A DNA stretch of 20,000 bases from an uncultured virus (IMG/VR IMGVR_UViG_3300017992_000022) (IMGVR_UViG_3300017992_000022), one strand, 5' to 3'; numbered from the stretch's first letter, positions 7,394 through 15,833 are shown. The notes: generated from the letters alone by a model not told the origin. Numbers and translations: made by a program.

Positions 7394-8490
7394 CAGCTTC
7401 CTCCGAAGATCTCCGCACCGTCAGGATACTCAGGTGCATTCCGAGCTGCTTCGAGCTCCTTGTCCTTCACCTTCTGCTCGAGCTCGGCCATAGCCTCTTC
7501 GGCTTCTTCCTCTTTGCCCTCTTTGATCATGTCGATAGCGTGGGCTGCCTTTTCACCGAACTCTTTTGTCTCATCGAGGAGTTTCTGTTTCTCTCGCTCG
7601 ACATCTTCCGGATCGTTCTCCTCTTCCTCTACCGCCTCCTTACGGATCTCCTCGATGACCTCAGGAAGGAGTTTACTCATGCTGTCTGTCCACTGTACAA
7701 CCCCTGGTAGGAGACCCGCAACGAGCTCCTCCAGATTCGCTGAGTCCAGTTTATCACCATCCCCGCTAGCGATCATACGTTGGACAATAGTCTTGAGCAG
7801 CGCCTTCTCCTTGAAGGCGTCCATCTTCTCCTTCTGCTGTTTGGTCTTGTCTCTTTGCTCCAAGACCTTGTCTACAATGTCCGGTGCGATGGCGGACATC
7901 TCGTCCTCCCATTGGATCCCTTGTGGCGGGAGGAAAGACTTTAGCAGCTCGTTGAGATCTCCGTCTTCTCGGGCTTTGCGGAGTCTGTCCTCGTCCTTAC
8001 TGGCGGATTGCCCAGCCAAATAAAAGACGACCTTGTGGCGAGTCTCGATCTTCTCCTTCTCCACGCGTTCCTTGATCTCATCATCCGTAAGGACCACGCC
8101 GTTCATGAAGGCTTCTCGGTTTTCGCTGTAATGCGCCTGCTCGCCGTACCAACCCCAATCGATGACCTGGGCCTCCCCCATCTCGTCCGTGCCCTCCGCC
8201 CTTCTCTCGATCGTGCGGACGCGCGTCACACCGCCCAAAGCATCGTTGAGTACACGCCGGATCAACACGACGTGTTCCTCTGCACCCTTCAACCCATCAG
8301 CCTGTCTCTGCTGATTCTCGAAGAGTTCCTGATTGCTTTTACGTACAGCCTGTTCAAATTGCCCAACATCGCTTCGCAAAGAGTTGAGCTGTCCTGCGAA
8401 GAAGTCGACCATCTTCTTGTTGGACTCTTGGACTGATTTGCGCCGAGAAAGAGGCTTGCTGCTCTTGACCGGCTTACGTTTTTTTGCCAC
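7393..8490 (-). CDS. Acidic coiled-coil protein with basic N-terminus
   Basis: GTG start after GGAGG; 365 aa, E/K-rich helices; ends PEYPDGAEIFGGS. Confidence 0.85.
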   Translation of the reverse strand: MAKKRKPVKSSKPLSRRKSVQESNKKMVDFFAGQLNSLRSDVGQFEQAVRKSNQELFENQQRQADGLKGAEEHVVLIRRVLNDALGGVTRVRTIERRAEGTDEMGEAQVIDWGWYGEQAHYSENREAFMNGVVLTDDEIKERVEKEKIETRHKVVFYLAGQSASKDEDRLRKAREDGDLNELLKSFLPPQGIQWEDEMSAIAPDIVDKVLEQRDKTKQQKEKMDAFKEKALLKTIVQRMIASGDGDKLDSANLEELVAGLLPGVVQWTDSMSKLLPEVIEEIRKEAVEEEENDPEDVEREKQKLLDETKEFGEKAAHAIDMIKEGKEEEAEEAMAELEQKVKDKELEAARNAPEYPDGAEIFGGS

Positions 8491-8839
8491 TGCTATTCCT
8501 CCGCTTAGGCGGCGCCCGGCGGGACGCCTTCTTTTTCTTGGTGGTGGCCTTCTTTTTCTTGGTAGTGGCCTTCTTCCCGGGTACCGGATGGTGCGTCAGC
8601 TCTGCCGCGTCAGCTTGTAGCCTGATCCTCAATACCTCTAAATCATCTCGTACCTCTTCGATAACATCCTCTGGCACAATACCTTGATCTACAGGGGATG
8701 CAATACCGCTCTGGGGACTGTACGAGTCGGTGCTGATGAACTTGGACAAGTACTCTATGGCCTCCGAAAGCACCCGCTGCTTCAACTTGATCCGATCTAG
8801 CTCTTCCAGTAGGTCGGCTATCGTCTTCTTGGTCGTCAT
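8474..8839 (-). CDS. Hypothetical protein with Lys-rich histone-like tail
   Basis: ATGA overlap; C-terminus GKKATTKKKKATTKKKKASRRAPPKRR. Confidence 0.8.
   Translation of the reverse strand: MTTKKTIADLLEELDRIKLKQRVLSEAIEYLSKFISTDSYSPQSGIASPVDQGIVPEDVIEEVRDDLEVLRIRLQADAAELTHHPVPGKKATTKKKKATTKKKKASRRAPPKRRNSSGKKT
8526..8575. repeat. 21-bp tandem repeat (about 2.4 copies) encoding KKATTKK
   Basis: gccttctttttcttggtggtg / gccttctttttcttggtagtg / gccttctt. Confidence 0.9.
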
Positions 8840-9561
8840 GCGTTGATGAAAGCTCGGATGCGCCCGTATAGATCTGCCCCGTGTTTTGTATCGGTGATGA
8901 TGTTACGAAGCGGGTATATGTGCAAGCCCCGATTCTTTCGTGCCTTGGCGATCTCTTCCCCCCCACGATTCCTCGCCATCTCCATCATGCTCTGATACCT
9001 GATGTCTGTGGGGTGAAACTTGAGGTAGAGATCTGCGTCCAAATTGAGGCGTCGCAGCATTTGAAGAATAGCGTAAGCCCAATCCTGCTCAGTCAGCTTG
9101 TACAGCCTCTCCCCGGTAGTGTTTTCACTAGGCCATATCTTCCCGCACTCTCCACAAATACTGATGCTCCTGAACTCCTCAACCTCCCTTCCGTTGACTT
9201 TCCTGACAATGGTCCTTTGCGAAATCTGGTCTGGCAAAATCCAAGCACCGCATCTTGGGTCTGGGCACTCGAAGATCTTTTCGTCTCCTCCGCCATGAAA
9301 CTTGGTTCCCGATAACCAAGCGCTCACCACACCGGGAAAAGGAGAACCGCGAGATGTTCTCCCCTTACCGAATTGGATCTCCAGCTTGTACTTTGCTTTG
9401 ATCTCCTCCTTGAGGAGCTTGTCCATGGCCTGGATCTGTTTATTCAAGGCCTCGAGCTCTTCTCCTGACATCACGACGGAGGTGACCTCTCCGCGATTCT
9501 CTCTATCCAGGAGCTCCGCTTGTCGCTTGAGGCTGCTTTCCGGCCCGAATGATTCACTCAT
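8836..9561 (-). CDS. Hypothetical protein with Zn-ribbon
   Basis: CPDPRCG ... CGECG; ATGA overlaps on both sides. Confidence 0.85.
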   Translation of the reverse strand: MSESFGPESSLKRQAELLDRENRGEVTSVVMSGEELEALNKQIQAMDKLLKEEIKAKYKLEIQFGKGRTSRGSPFPGVVSAWLSGTKFHGGGDEKIFECPDPRCGAWILPDQISQRTIVRKVNGREVEEFRSISICGECGKIWPSENTTGERLYKLTEQDWAYAILQMLRRLNLDADLYLKFHPTDIRYQSMMEMARNRGGEEIAKARKNRGLHIYPLRNIITDTKHGADLYGRIRAFINA

Positions 9562-10013
9562 AACTTATGCGCTCCCTTCTGACTGAGACCACCCGTCATA
9601 GGTCCGGCAGCTTTTGGGTTACGGGGTCCATGCGGTGCGTTACGATTTTCTTTGGCCCCGACCAACGGGTAGGAGTCCAGCTGGTGCATCATCTGAGGAG
9701 CTTGTTGCGCTGCCTGAGAAAAGTTTTTGATCAGCTGTTGCAAGATCTCTTCTTTGTCCGGCTTCTTCTTCCACTGTGCAATGAAATTCCAGACGTACCG
9801 GATCTTCCCATCCTGGTGAAAATACCTCTTGCAGATGTGATCTTCCCACCCCTGCTTCCTTGCCAGTACGTACTCCAAAATCGCGACCCAGTCCCGCAAC
9901 CTTTTTGCGGACACTCTGTGAACGATGTGGAGCGAATTAGGGCCATCGTTGATCTTGATGACTTCGGCTACACCCGTGGAGTTGATAGCCGCAGCCACGT
10001 TTTCTGGTTTCAT
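9558..10013 (-). CDS. Hypothetical protein
   Basis: RBS AAGGAGGT; ATGA overlaps. Confidence 0.85.
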   Translation of the reverse strand: MKPENVAAAINSTGVAEVIKINDGPNSLHIVHRVSAKRLRDWVAILEYVLARKQGWEDHICKRYFHQDGKIRYVWNFIAQWKKKPDKEEILQQLIKNFSQAAQQAPQMMHQLDSYPLVGAKENRNAPHGPRNPKAAGPMTGGLSQKGAHKL

Positions 10014-10654
10014 TTTACGTACACCTCCTTCAGACGCTCCACGTCTTTACTCGACAGGTCTTTACCCCTACCAGTAGCGTTAGGGTACATAATGGACCCT
10101 TTAAGGCGGTCGTGGGCCAACCCGAAAGCGTGTAGGAACTCATGCAAGTAGACCCTATTGAGTAGCTCTTTCGACACAGAAGGATCGACCTTGATGATCG
10201 CTCCGTAGAGTTTTCCGGTCTCCCTGTCCGCAAACAGCGAAGTCACTCCCCCATGCTTGGGATCGAACGGTGAGCTGACGTACACCCCTTCGCCTCCGTC
10301 GCTATCAGTTCCCAGCGTGACCAGGATGACTCCTCGAGCAGGCTTTGTCGGGAAAGGCTTCTTCAACAACCAGGGGCGGCAGATACCGATGACGTTCCCC
10401 ACACGCTCATGGATGGTGTCCGTCGCAAAATCGATGTACTCCTGATGTTTCTCTGCTGCGTCGCTATACATGCAAGAGAGAGGCAACGAAGATCTCTCCC
10501 ACCTCAATATCTCTCCATCACTTCCTCTCAAGAAGCCCTCGTCCCCTTCTTTCGTCAGAACTGCGTATACGATCGCCGCAACCGCCATCAACAAGACGAC
10601 CAGTACGATCAAACTCATAACCCAATTCTGCTTTAAGAACTGCCATCTCGACAT
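10010..10654 (-). CDS. Matrixin-family (metzincin) zinc metalloprotease with N-terminal transmembrane anchor
   Basis: HEFLHAFGLAH = HExxHxxGxxH, followed by Met-turn SIMYP; hydrophobic stretch VMSLIVLVVLLMAVAAIVYAVL. Confidence 0.9.
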   Translation of the reverse strand: MSRWQFLKQNWVMSLIVLVVLLMAVAAIVYAVLTKEGDEGFLRGSDGEILRWERSSLPLSCMYSDAAEKHQEYIDFATDTIHERVGNVIGICRPWLLKKPFPTKPARGVILVTLGTDSDGGEGVYVSSPFDPKHGGVTSLFADRETGKLYGAIIKVDPSVSKELLNRVYLHEFLHAFGLAHDRLKGSIMYPNATGRGKDLSSKDVERLKEVYVK

Positions 10655-11357
10655 CGGTCAACTCCCTGTTCAAGCGAGTGATGAACTGTACCGGCTGGCT
10701 GAAGAGCTTCCTTACCCTCCTCCAACCCTCTTCAAGACCGAAGCGCTCCAACAAATGCCTGATCTCTAGAGCACCCCTTACACGGTGTTGTTTCAAGATC
10801 TCTTCTGTGCAGTCAGAAGTGACTGGATCTGCTCTGATGAATGCAATGAGCTCCTTCAGGCTAGGTATTACTTCTGCTCTTCCGGAAGTAACTCCCCATT
10901 GTCTACCACCACTGTACTGCTTTGGACGATCAACACCCCCGACAACGATATCAGTACGGTTTTCCCTCCCCTCACGGGATCTGGTCTGAACTCGGTTATC
11001 GAGAACATGCTCGGATCCAGCACTTTCACCTGGAGATGTTTCCTCGCTACTGCACCGTCTTCTCGACGCTCCACTAGCATCATTTTGACGTGGACGTCTT
11101 CTACCTCGGTCTTCATGTACCAGCTCCTCTTTCTTAGCCCTGCTGAGCTTCTTGATCCTAGCTTCAGCTTTGTACGCCGCACTCTTACTCTTTTCCTGCC
11201 GGGACCAAACTAGCTCTACAGGTCTCTCGGACCAACACATCTTCGACGCTTTGCTGCGAAGATGGTTGTGCTCGTAGATCCGCCTCCTAACGTCCGTCGT
11301 CACCCCAGTGTACAACCTGCCTGTCACTGTTCTAGCTATGTACGTGAACCAACTCAT
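10518..11357 (-). CDS. GIY-YIG endonuclease (YazA/YhbQ-like, first ~80 aa) with long read-through extension
   Basis: FTYI..TVTGRLYTGVTTDVRRRIYEHN ... A.KAEARIKKLSRAKKEELV; no stop until 10518. Confidence 0.8.
   Translation of the reverse strand: MSWFTYIARTVTGRLYTGVTTDVRRRIYEHNHLRSKASKMCWSERPVELVWSRQEKSKSAAYKAEARIKKLSRAKKEELVHEDRGRRRPRQNDASGASRRRCSSEETSPGESAGSEHVLDNRVQTRSREGRENRTDIVVGGVDRPKQYSGGRQWGVTSGRAEVIPSLKELIAFIRADPVTSDCTEEILKQHRVRGALEIRHLLERFGLEEGWRRVRKLFSQPVQFITRLNRELTDVEMAVLKAELGYEFDRTGRLVDGGCGDRIRSSDERRGRGLLERK
10868..11116 (-). CDS. Hypothetical protein (82 aa) nested in another frame of the GIY-YIG ORF
   Basis: RBS GAGGAG 7 nt before ATG 11116; protein-like sequence MKTEVEDVHVKMMLVERR... 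Confidence 0.7.
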   Translation of the reverse strand: MKTEVEDVHVKMMLVERREDGAVARKHLQVKVLDPSMFSITEFRPDPVRGGKTVLISLSGVLIVQSSTVVVDNGELLPEEQK

Positions 11358-11965
11358 CTACGAGATCGGTGCCTACACTTGTTGTAGCCGTCTCCGATAG
11401 AGTGCTGGAACTCTAGTGCCTCCATGAGCGTAGGAGGCATACGCAAAGTCTCCATTAACCCGACAGTCATGTAGCAATCTGCCAAAGCGCGATGCGCGTC
11501 CTTGACCCGAACACCACGTCTCTTACAAGCTATGGATAGACTACACTTCTTGCCTCGATCTTCGTTTCTGACCCAAGGAAGTGGGTCGATCACAGAATCG
11601 GAGATATCTAGCTCCTTGCCGCACCATTGAACCTCTTTACGCAAAAAACGGAAGTCGAACTTGCTGTTGTAAGCCACGACAGTGGACGGACCCTGCATCA
11701 CGTCTATCAGGAAGTCCGCGATGACCTCGAAATCATCAGCCTCTTCTACCTCCTCTTGCGTGATACCGGTGAGCTCGACTATTTCGTCTGGCAGCACTAT
11801 GCCCGGATTGCAGAGCTTGGATAGATCCATGATGACTTCTTCGTCTTCGATCCAAATCAACCCAAGCTCGATGACCCGATCGCTGTTCTTGAATCCCGTA
11901 GTCTCGACATCGACTACGACGACTCTTTCAGTCTTCAAGCAGGGGGGTAGGTGGACTCGTTTCAT
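11354..11965 (-). CDS. DEDDh 3'-5' exonuclease (DnaQ/epsilon-like)
   Basis: ExoI VVDVETTG, ExoII VAYNSKFDFRFL, ExoIII HRALAD. Confidence 0.93.
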   Translation of the reverse strand: MKRVHLPPCLKTERVVVVDVETTGFKNSDRVIELGLIWIEDEEVIMDLSKLCNPGIVLPDEIVELTGITQEEVEEADDFEVIADFLIDVMQGPSTVVAYNSKFDFRFLRKEVQWCGKELDISDSVIDPLPWVRNEDRGKKCSLSIACKRRGVRVKDAHRALADCYMTVGLMETLRMPPTLMEALEFQHSIGDGYNKCRHRSRR

Positions 11966-12249
11966 TCCTCCGGCCTTTCCACTTCAGCTCCATCTGGGGG
12001 TTCTTCTACCTCCTCAAGGTGCTTGCACGGCATTCCGCCCGCCACTTCTGGAAGAGGAGTTCCCCCTGGCTCCCCGTCCTTGCGTGGCATCATGCAACAA
12101 GCAGCTTGGCACTCGAGATAACATCCTCCCTTCCTCTCTACCCCTGTGAAGTAGTACCCGCAGCTCTCTGGCAAGAAGCTGTCGTACTGAGGGTAATCAC
12201 GGCACACCTTGGGCCTCTTGTCGTGGATGCCGCAGATCAAGTAGCTCAA
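11962..12249 (-). CDS. YkgJ-related cysteine-cluster protein with permuted motif order
   Basis: CGIHDKRPKVCRDYP precedes CYLECQAACC and PCKHL; TTGA overlap start. Confidence 0.8.
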   Translation of the reverse strand: MSYLICGIHDKRPKVCRDYPQYDSFLPESCGYYFTGVERKGGCYLECQAACCMMPRKDGEPGGTPLPEVAGGMPCKHLEEVEEPPDGAEVERPEE

Positions 12250-12599
12250 TTTGCCGACTCCACGGTACGAAGCTTGGCTTCCTTCCTCTCCTTGCGGCGA
12301 GTGAAGAAGTCTCGAACCTTGTTCATGTCCGTGTCGATCTCGAGCTTCATTCCGCCAATGCGGATGAACCCCTCAATGAAGTAGTTGTCAGAATCCGTCG
12401 GGAAGATCTGAATGCTGACTACCGGCTGCTTCTGGGACATGGTTACCTCCTTCTCTGGAACACTGACCAGGTGGGTCAGCCTTCTGCGGCGGCAGTGAGA
12501 GCAACCGAGCTCATCTTCCGGCCAACCGCGGTTATTTTCGCCGAACTCTCTTAATTGATCGCTCGGCACCGACCTCTTACAACCAAAACACTTTGGCAC
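12246..12599 (-). CDS. Hypothetical protein with N-terminal CxxC..CxxC; possible second in-frame start at 12440
   Basis: GTG after GGAGGT; CFGC and CSHC; internal AAGGAGGTAACC-ATG. Confidence 0.75.
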   Translation of the reverse strand: MPKCFGCKRSVPSDQLREFGENNRGWPEDELGCSHCRRRRLTHLVSVPEKEVTMSQKQPVVSIQIFPTDSDNYFIEGFIRIGGMKLEIDTDMNKVRDFFTRRKERKEAKLRTVESAN

Positions 12600-12601
12600 G
12601 A

Positions 12602-13123
12602 CTACCTCCCCTTGATGATCGACTCTTCACCCTCAAGAGCCTCAGTAGTGCAGAACCAGTGCGTTGGGACAGACTTACCTTCTTCGATCGTCGAGTGCAG
12701 TGCACTCACCTCTGTGATCTGTCTTTCGTTGCGAGGTGGGTCGATGGAGTAGTCCACCAAAATCACTGACGGGCGCATCATAACTGACAGAGTGTTGTAC
12801 TCACCCCTTGTCTCAGGGATAAGAAAAATGTACCGGTTCAGTATGTCTACTCCGGCGTAGACCTGAACAGTAAGACCCACATGAGACAAACTAACTAGAC
12901 GCGCCTTGTCCATGAGTTTGTCGACGTCCAAGACAGTCTCTCTCAGCGCAGGGAAAGACTGAAGATCCAAATCGTTTTTCAGTCTTTCCACCTTCGATCT
13001 GGAGAACTTTCCGATCTTGTCCACAGATCCCTGCGGTAGATTCTGCCATTGCTCCATCTGTTGCACGGCGTTCTTTGGAACAATGCCTGCGTCTAAGATC
13101 TTATCTCTTAGCTTCTTGTCCAT
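12602..13123 (-). CDS. Hypothetical protein
   Basis: 173-aa ORF with RBS AGGGG, in operon context. Confidence 0.8.
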   Translation of the reverse strand: MDKKLRDKILDAGIVPKNAVQQMEQWQNLPQGSVDKIGKFSRSKVERLKNDLDLQSFPALRETVLDVDKLMDKARLVSLSHVGLTVQVYAGVDILNRYIFLIPETRGEYNTLSVMMRPSVILVDYSIDPPRNERQITEVSALHSTIEEGKSVPTHWFCTTEALEGEESIIKGR

Positions 13124-13718
13124 CGTTTTCCCCTGTCAGTAGATCTTCGCCTGGCACGAACATGTGGTTTTTAACCGCAAGCGTGGCTTGATCTATCCGT
13201 CCGTGTCTGTAGGGCCCGCCCAAAAGAAGAATCACATCCTCTGGAACACTCTTATCCACCACCAAAGCTGCCCCGCCAAGGTTCTCCATCCCTCCGTAGG
13301 CTACCTTGTCGATGCCCAACCACTCGAACAGTCTAGTCTCTGGACCGACTCCGATGTGGGTTAGATGGAGACGTCTAGCCTCGAGCATCAACATCATGTC
13401 CAGCAACGCCTCAGAAGCTGTGGTGGACTTACGGGGACTGGAGAATTCTTCCATGGGGATGTTGCGTACAACCTCCCCCAGCTCCATCAGTCCCTCTTCT
13501 TCACTTTTGCGCTTCTGAGAAGCTTCCTTCTCTTCCACAAACCTGGTGAACCTGATTGGGCTGTTGATCTTGAGGCTGACCGTCTGGACCCTTCCCTGTT
13601 TCAAGACATGCTTGACCGCCTCCAAGATCTCGGATAGCCCCTTTGGCATTGGGATCTCGTACTCCTCCAGAACCCAACCCTCCGGGGCTCCCTCTCCTAT
13701 GCCCTTTACTTCGCTCAT
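13101..13718 (-). CDS. Hypothetical protein
   Basis: RBS GGAGG and ATGA overlap at 13718. Confidence 0.85.
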   Translation of the reverse strand: MSEVKGIGEGAPEGWVLEEYEIPMPKGLSEILEAVKHVLKQGRVQTVSLKINSPIRFTRFVEEKEASQKRKSEEEGLMELGEVVRNIPMEEFSSPRKSTTASEALLDMMLMLEARRLHLTHIGVGPETRLFEWLGIDKVAYGGMENLGGAALVVDKSVPEDVILLLGGPYRHGRIDQATLAVKNHMFVPGEDLLTGENDGQEAKR

Positions 13719-13933
13719 CTGGACTTCCTCCATTTAGATAGACCCATAATCCGAAGACAGTCAGGACAGTCCGGCTCACATCGATTTATGTCACTCGGGT
13801 ACATAACTTCCACCCCGCATACTGTCTTGATGCGCTCTTCGTAGCTGGTGGTCCTCTTCCTCGTTGCACACCAACTCCGCTCTCGGAGGACACAGACCGG
13901 GTCTTCTTCTGGGATCTGGATCTTCGGCATCAT
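13715..13933 (-). CDS. Small Cys-rich protein
   Basis: RBS GAGGT; TVCG ... PDCPDCL. Confidence 0.75.
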   Translation of the reverse strand: MMPKIQIPEEDPVCVLRERSWCATRKRTTSYEERIKTVCGVEVMYPSDINRCEPDCPDCLRIMGLSKWRKSR

Positions 13934-13972
13934 CTACCTCTACGATCAGCACACCCGGAATAGACAAGAGCA

Positions 13973-14239
13973 TTAGATCTGCTCCGCGTCTTGCCCCAGG
14001 TGTGCTTCCTCTTGTTTCCTCAACGTGACGAAAAAGTCCGTGATCAACTGGGTTACAGAAGTCTTGTGGTTCTCAGCGAATCCGAAGGCCCACTCCGCCA
14101 ACTCTTCGTCGATCTTAAAGTTTACTCTCCTCTTCTCTCCAGGTATGCGTCTGCGAGGAGTACTTTTGTCAGATCGCTTTTTGCGAACAGGGGCTCGCTT
14201 TTTCCGAACTGCTTTTTTCTTAGTCGCCTTCTTCGCCAC
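13973..14239 (-). CDS. Ribbon-helix-helix DNA-binding protein with basic N-terminal tail
   Basis: RRVNFKIDEELAEWAFGFAENHKTSVTQLITDFF fits the RHH beta-alpha-alpha pattern; GTG after AGGAGAG. Confidence 0.8.
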   Translation of the reverse strand: MAKKATKKKAVRKKRAPVRKKRSDKSTPRRRIPGEKRRVNFKIDEELAEWAFGFAENHKTSVTQLITDFFVTLRKQEEAHLGQDAEQI

Positions 14240-14248
14240 GGTACTCTC

Positions 14249-15397
14249 CTACGAGGTCAGCTGGAAGTCGCCCAGGCGCCTCCACAGTCTCCTCTGTGTC
14301 TTGTCGCCGGGGATCTTGTCGTTCTTCAACTTGTCACCCTGCGACCGCTGGAACTGGTACACAGCCAGCGCAGTGTCCTCGTCCAGTACCGGCCCTGCAC
14401 CACCTGTGACGTACTGGAGCTTCCCCAGGGCGCGGCGAACAGAGTCCAGCTCATCTTTCCAGATGCCGTCCTGAACCAGCGCCTGGAGCTCAGGAGGAGG
14501 CATCTGGCAGATCTCGTCCCAGTCTGCCTCGCCGTCCATGCGGTCGGCCTGGCGCTCCTGCAGCTCGAGGAGGAACAGCTCGTCGTCTTCTTCCTCCAGC
14601 TCCAGAGCGTAATCAGACGGGTCCTCGGCGAAGGCCTGCAGCCACGGGATGCCCTCGATAGGCATCTGGGCGAAGACCGCATTCCGCACGTCGTTGAGCG
14701 GGTAAGCGCGACCCGTGTCCCACTTGCCGCCCGAGGTGGCGCTGTGAGGCAGGAACCAGCGTGGATCGAGCCCGCCCTCCTCTTGGTAGGCACAATGCAA
14801 GTGTTGACAGACCAAGATCTCGTCGTGCACCTGGCCGTAAGTGTAGGGCTCCCACCACTTGCCGTCGATCTTCACAGGGATCTTTCCCAGCTTATCGTGC
14901 GGGAACTTGGCCTTCCAGTCGTTACCCCACCAACGCCAGTCGCCTTCCTTTCCGCGCAAGCACCCGGCGTTTCTCTTCTCGATACCGACATTGATCCTGT
15001 TCGGCCACCCTCCATGCCAGCAAGGGATGATGCCGTCAGACAAGAGTAGCGTGACGACCTTCAGACCACTCAGCACGGGGTACTTGGCGACGATAGCGGA
15101 AAACTCAGGCAACATTCGATCCAGGATATAGAGCTGGCAACTCGCCGTGTTCTTGTTTCCTCCATCGTTGAGCCAACGAATACTGCCCTTCCACGTGACT
15201 CCAGCTGTGTAATGAGAAGTTACACCGATAGGGCGGCCGTGCGTCCACTTCTTGTAGCGCTTATGCCCCTGACTAGTAGGGAGCCCGCAGCGTTTCAAGA
15301 ACTTGACGGAAGCCTCACGGAGAGCCTGGAAGAACTCCACAGAGTGGGACGTGGTGAACAAAAAAGCCGTGTCTGCCATGTGTGCCGAGTGTGGCAT
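14249..15397 (-). CDS. Endolysin: N-acetylmuramoyl-L-alanine amidase (Amidase_2) plus C-terminal peptidoglycan-binding domain
   Basis: SHYTAG, CWHGG..N..NVGIE, LPHS, KWDTG (His/His/Asp Zn ligands and catalytic Glu); C-terminal DEDTALAVYQFQRSQ..L..D.IPG.KT resembles PG_binding_1. Confidence 0.9.
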   Translation of the reverse strand: MPHSAHMADTAFLFTTSHSVEFFQALREASVKFLKRCGLPTSQGHKRYKKWTHGRPIGVTSHYTAGVTWKGSIRWLNDGGNKNTASCQLYILDRMLPEFSAIVAKYPVLSGLKVVTLLLSDGIIPCWHGGWPNRINVGIEKRNAGCLRGKEGDWRWWGNDWKAKFPHDKLGKIPVKIDGKWWEPYTYGQVHDEILVCQHLHCAYQEEGGLDPRWFLPHSATSGGKWDTGRAYPLNDVRNAVFAQMPIEGIPWLQAFAEDPSDYALELEEEDDELFLLELQERQADRMDGEADWDEICQMPPPELQALVQDGIWKDELDSVRRALGKLQYVTGGAGPVLDEDTALAVYQFQRSQGDKLKNDKIPGDKTQRRLWRRLGDFQLTS

Positions 15398-15663
15398 TAG
15401 TCTCCTCCGGACACTCGTTCAATGGCACTCAAATAATGCCATAGGCCTTTGATCTTGATCTTGTCGCAGATCCAATCGATCACGAATTGATGTATCTCGT
15501 TCAGTTTATTTTCGTTGACCTCGACCGGGGGCTCGAAATGCTCTGTGAGAGCCTTGTCGAGGTCGCTCAAAAGGGATGAGTTCTGGCCAATGAAAGAAGG
15601 GAGCCACATCCAAGCCACCTCGAACACATTTGGGTTATCCCGATGTTGTTGGATCAATCGCAT
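15397..15663 (-). CDS. Hypothetical protein (88 aa)
   Basis: ATG 15663 after AAGGA, overlapping the end of the previous small gene; TAATG coupling to the endolysin. Confidence 0.75.
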   Translation of the reverse strand: MRLIQQHRDNPNVFEVAWMWLPSFIGQNSSLLSDLDKALTEHFEPPVEVNENKLNEIHQFVIDWICDKIKIKGLWHYLSAIERVSGGD

Positions 15664-15833
15664 CTTTTTTCCTTCTTCGCAAAGGTCAAGTAGACATAGT
15701 CGTTGGCAGAAGTAGAGGCACGTAGAGTCCATCCCCTACGTGCTCTATGCTGCACAACATCCTGAATCTCCCTTCTCAACAGCTCCGCCCCGGTGTCAGG
15801 TCCACCAACCGTGTCTACCTCGATCTTGATCAT
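15654..15833 (-). CDS. Small hypothetical protein (59 aa), not in the supplied ORF track
   Basis: ATGA overlap with the GroES stop; MIKIEVDTVGGPDTGAELLRREIQDVVQHRARRGWTLRASTSANDYVYLTFAKKEKRCD*; fills the gap exactly. Confidence 0.75.
   Translation of the reverse strand: MIKIEVDTVGGPDTGAELLRREIQDVVQHRARRGWTLRASTSANDYVYLTFAKKEKRCD

Noticed and set aside
13160..13300. LGG..LVVD..VP.D.ILL segment reminiscent of HK97-fold capsid C-termini
   Set aside because: Too short and generic, and the protein is too small to call a capsid protein without a profile search.
13791..13973. 60-aa minus-strand ORF starting in a TAATG overlap after the RHH gene
   Set aside because: Mostly overlaps the better-supported 13715-13933 gene and turns into off-frame-like sequence; it cannot be fully excluded as a coupling leader.
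13991..15049. 352-aa plus-strand ORF (likewise 15833-16702 and 7322-8023)
   Set aside because: Antisense shadows of well-supported minus-strand genes.
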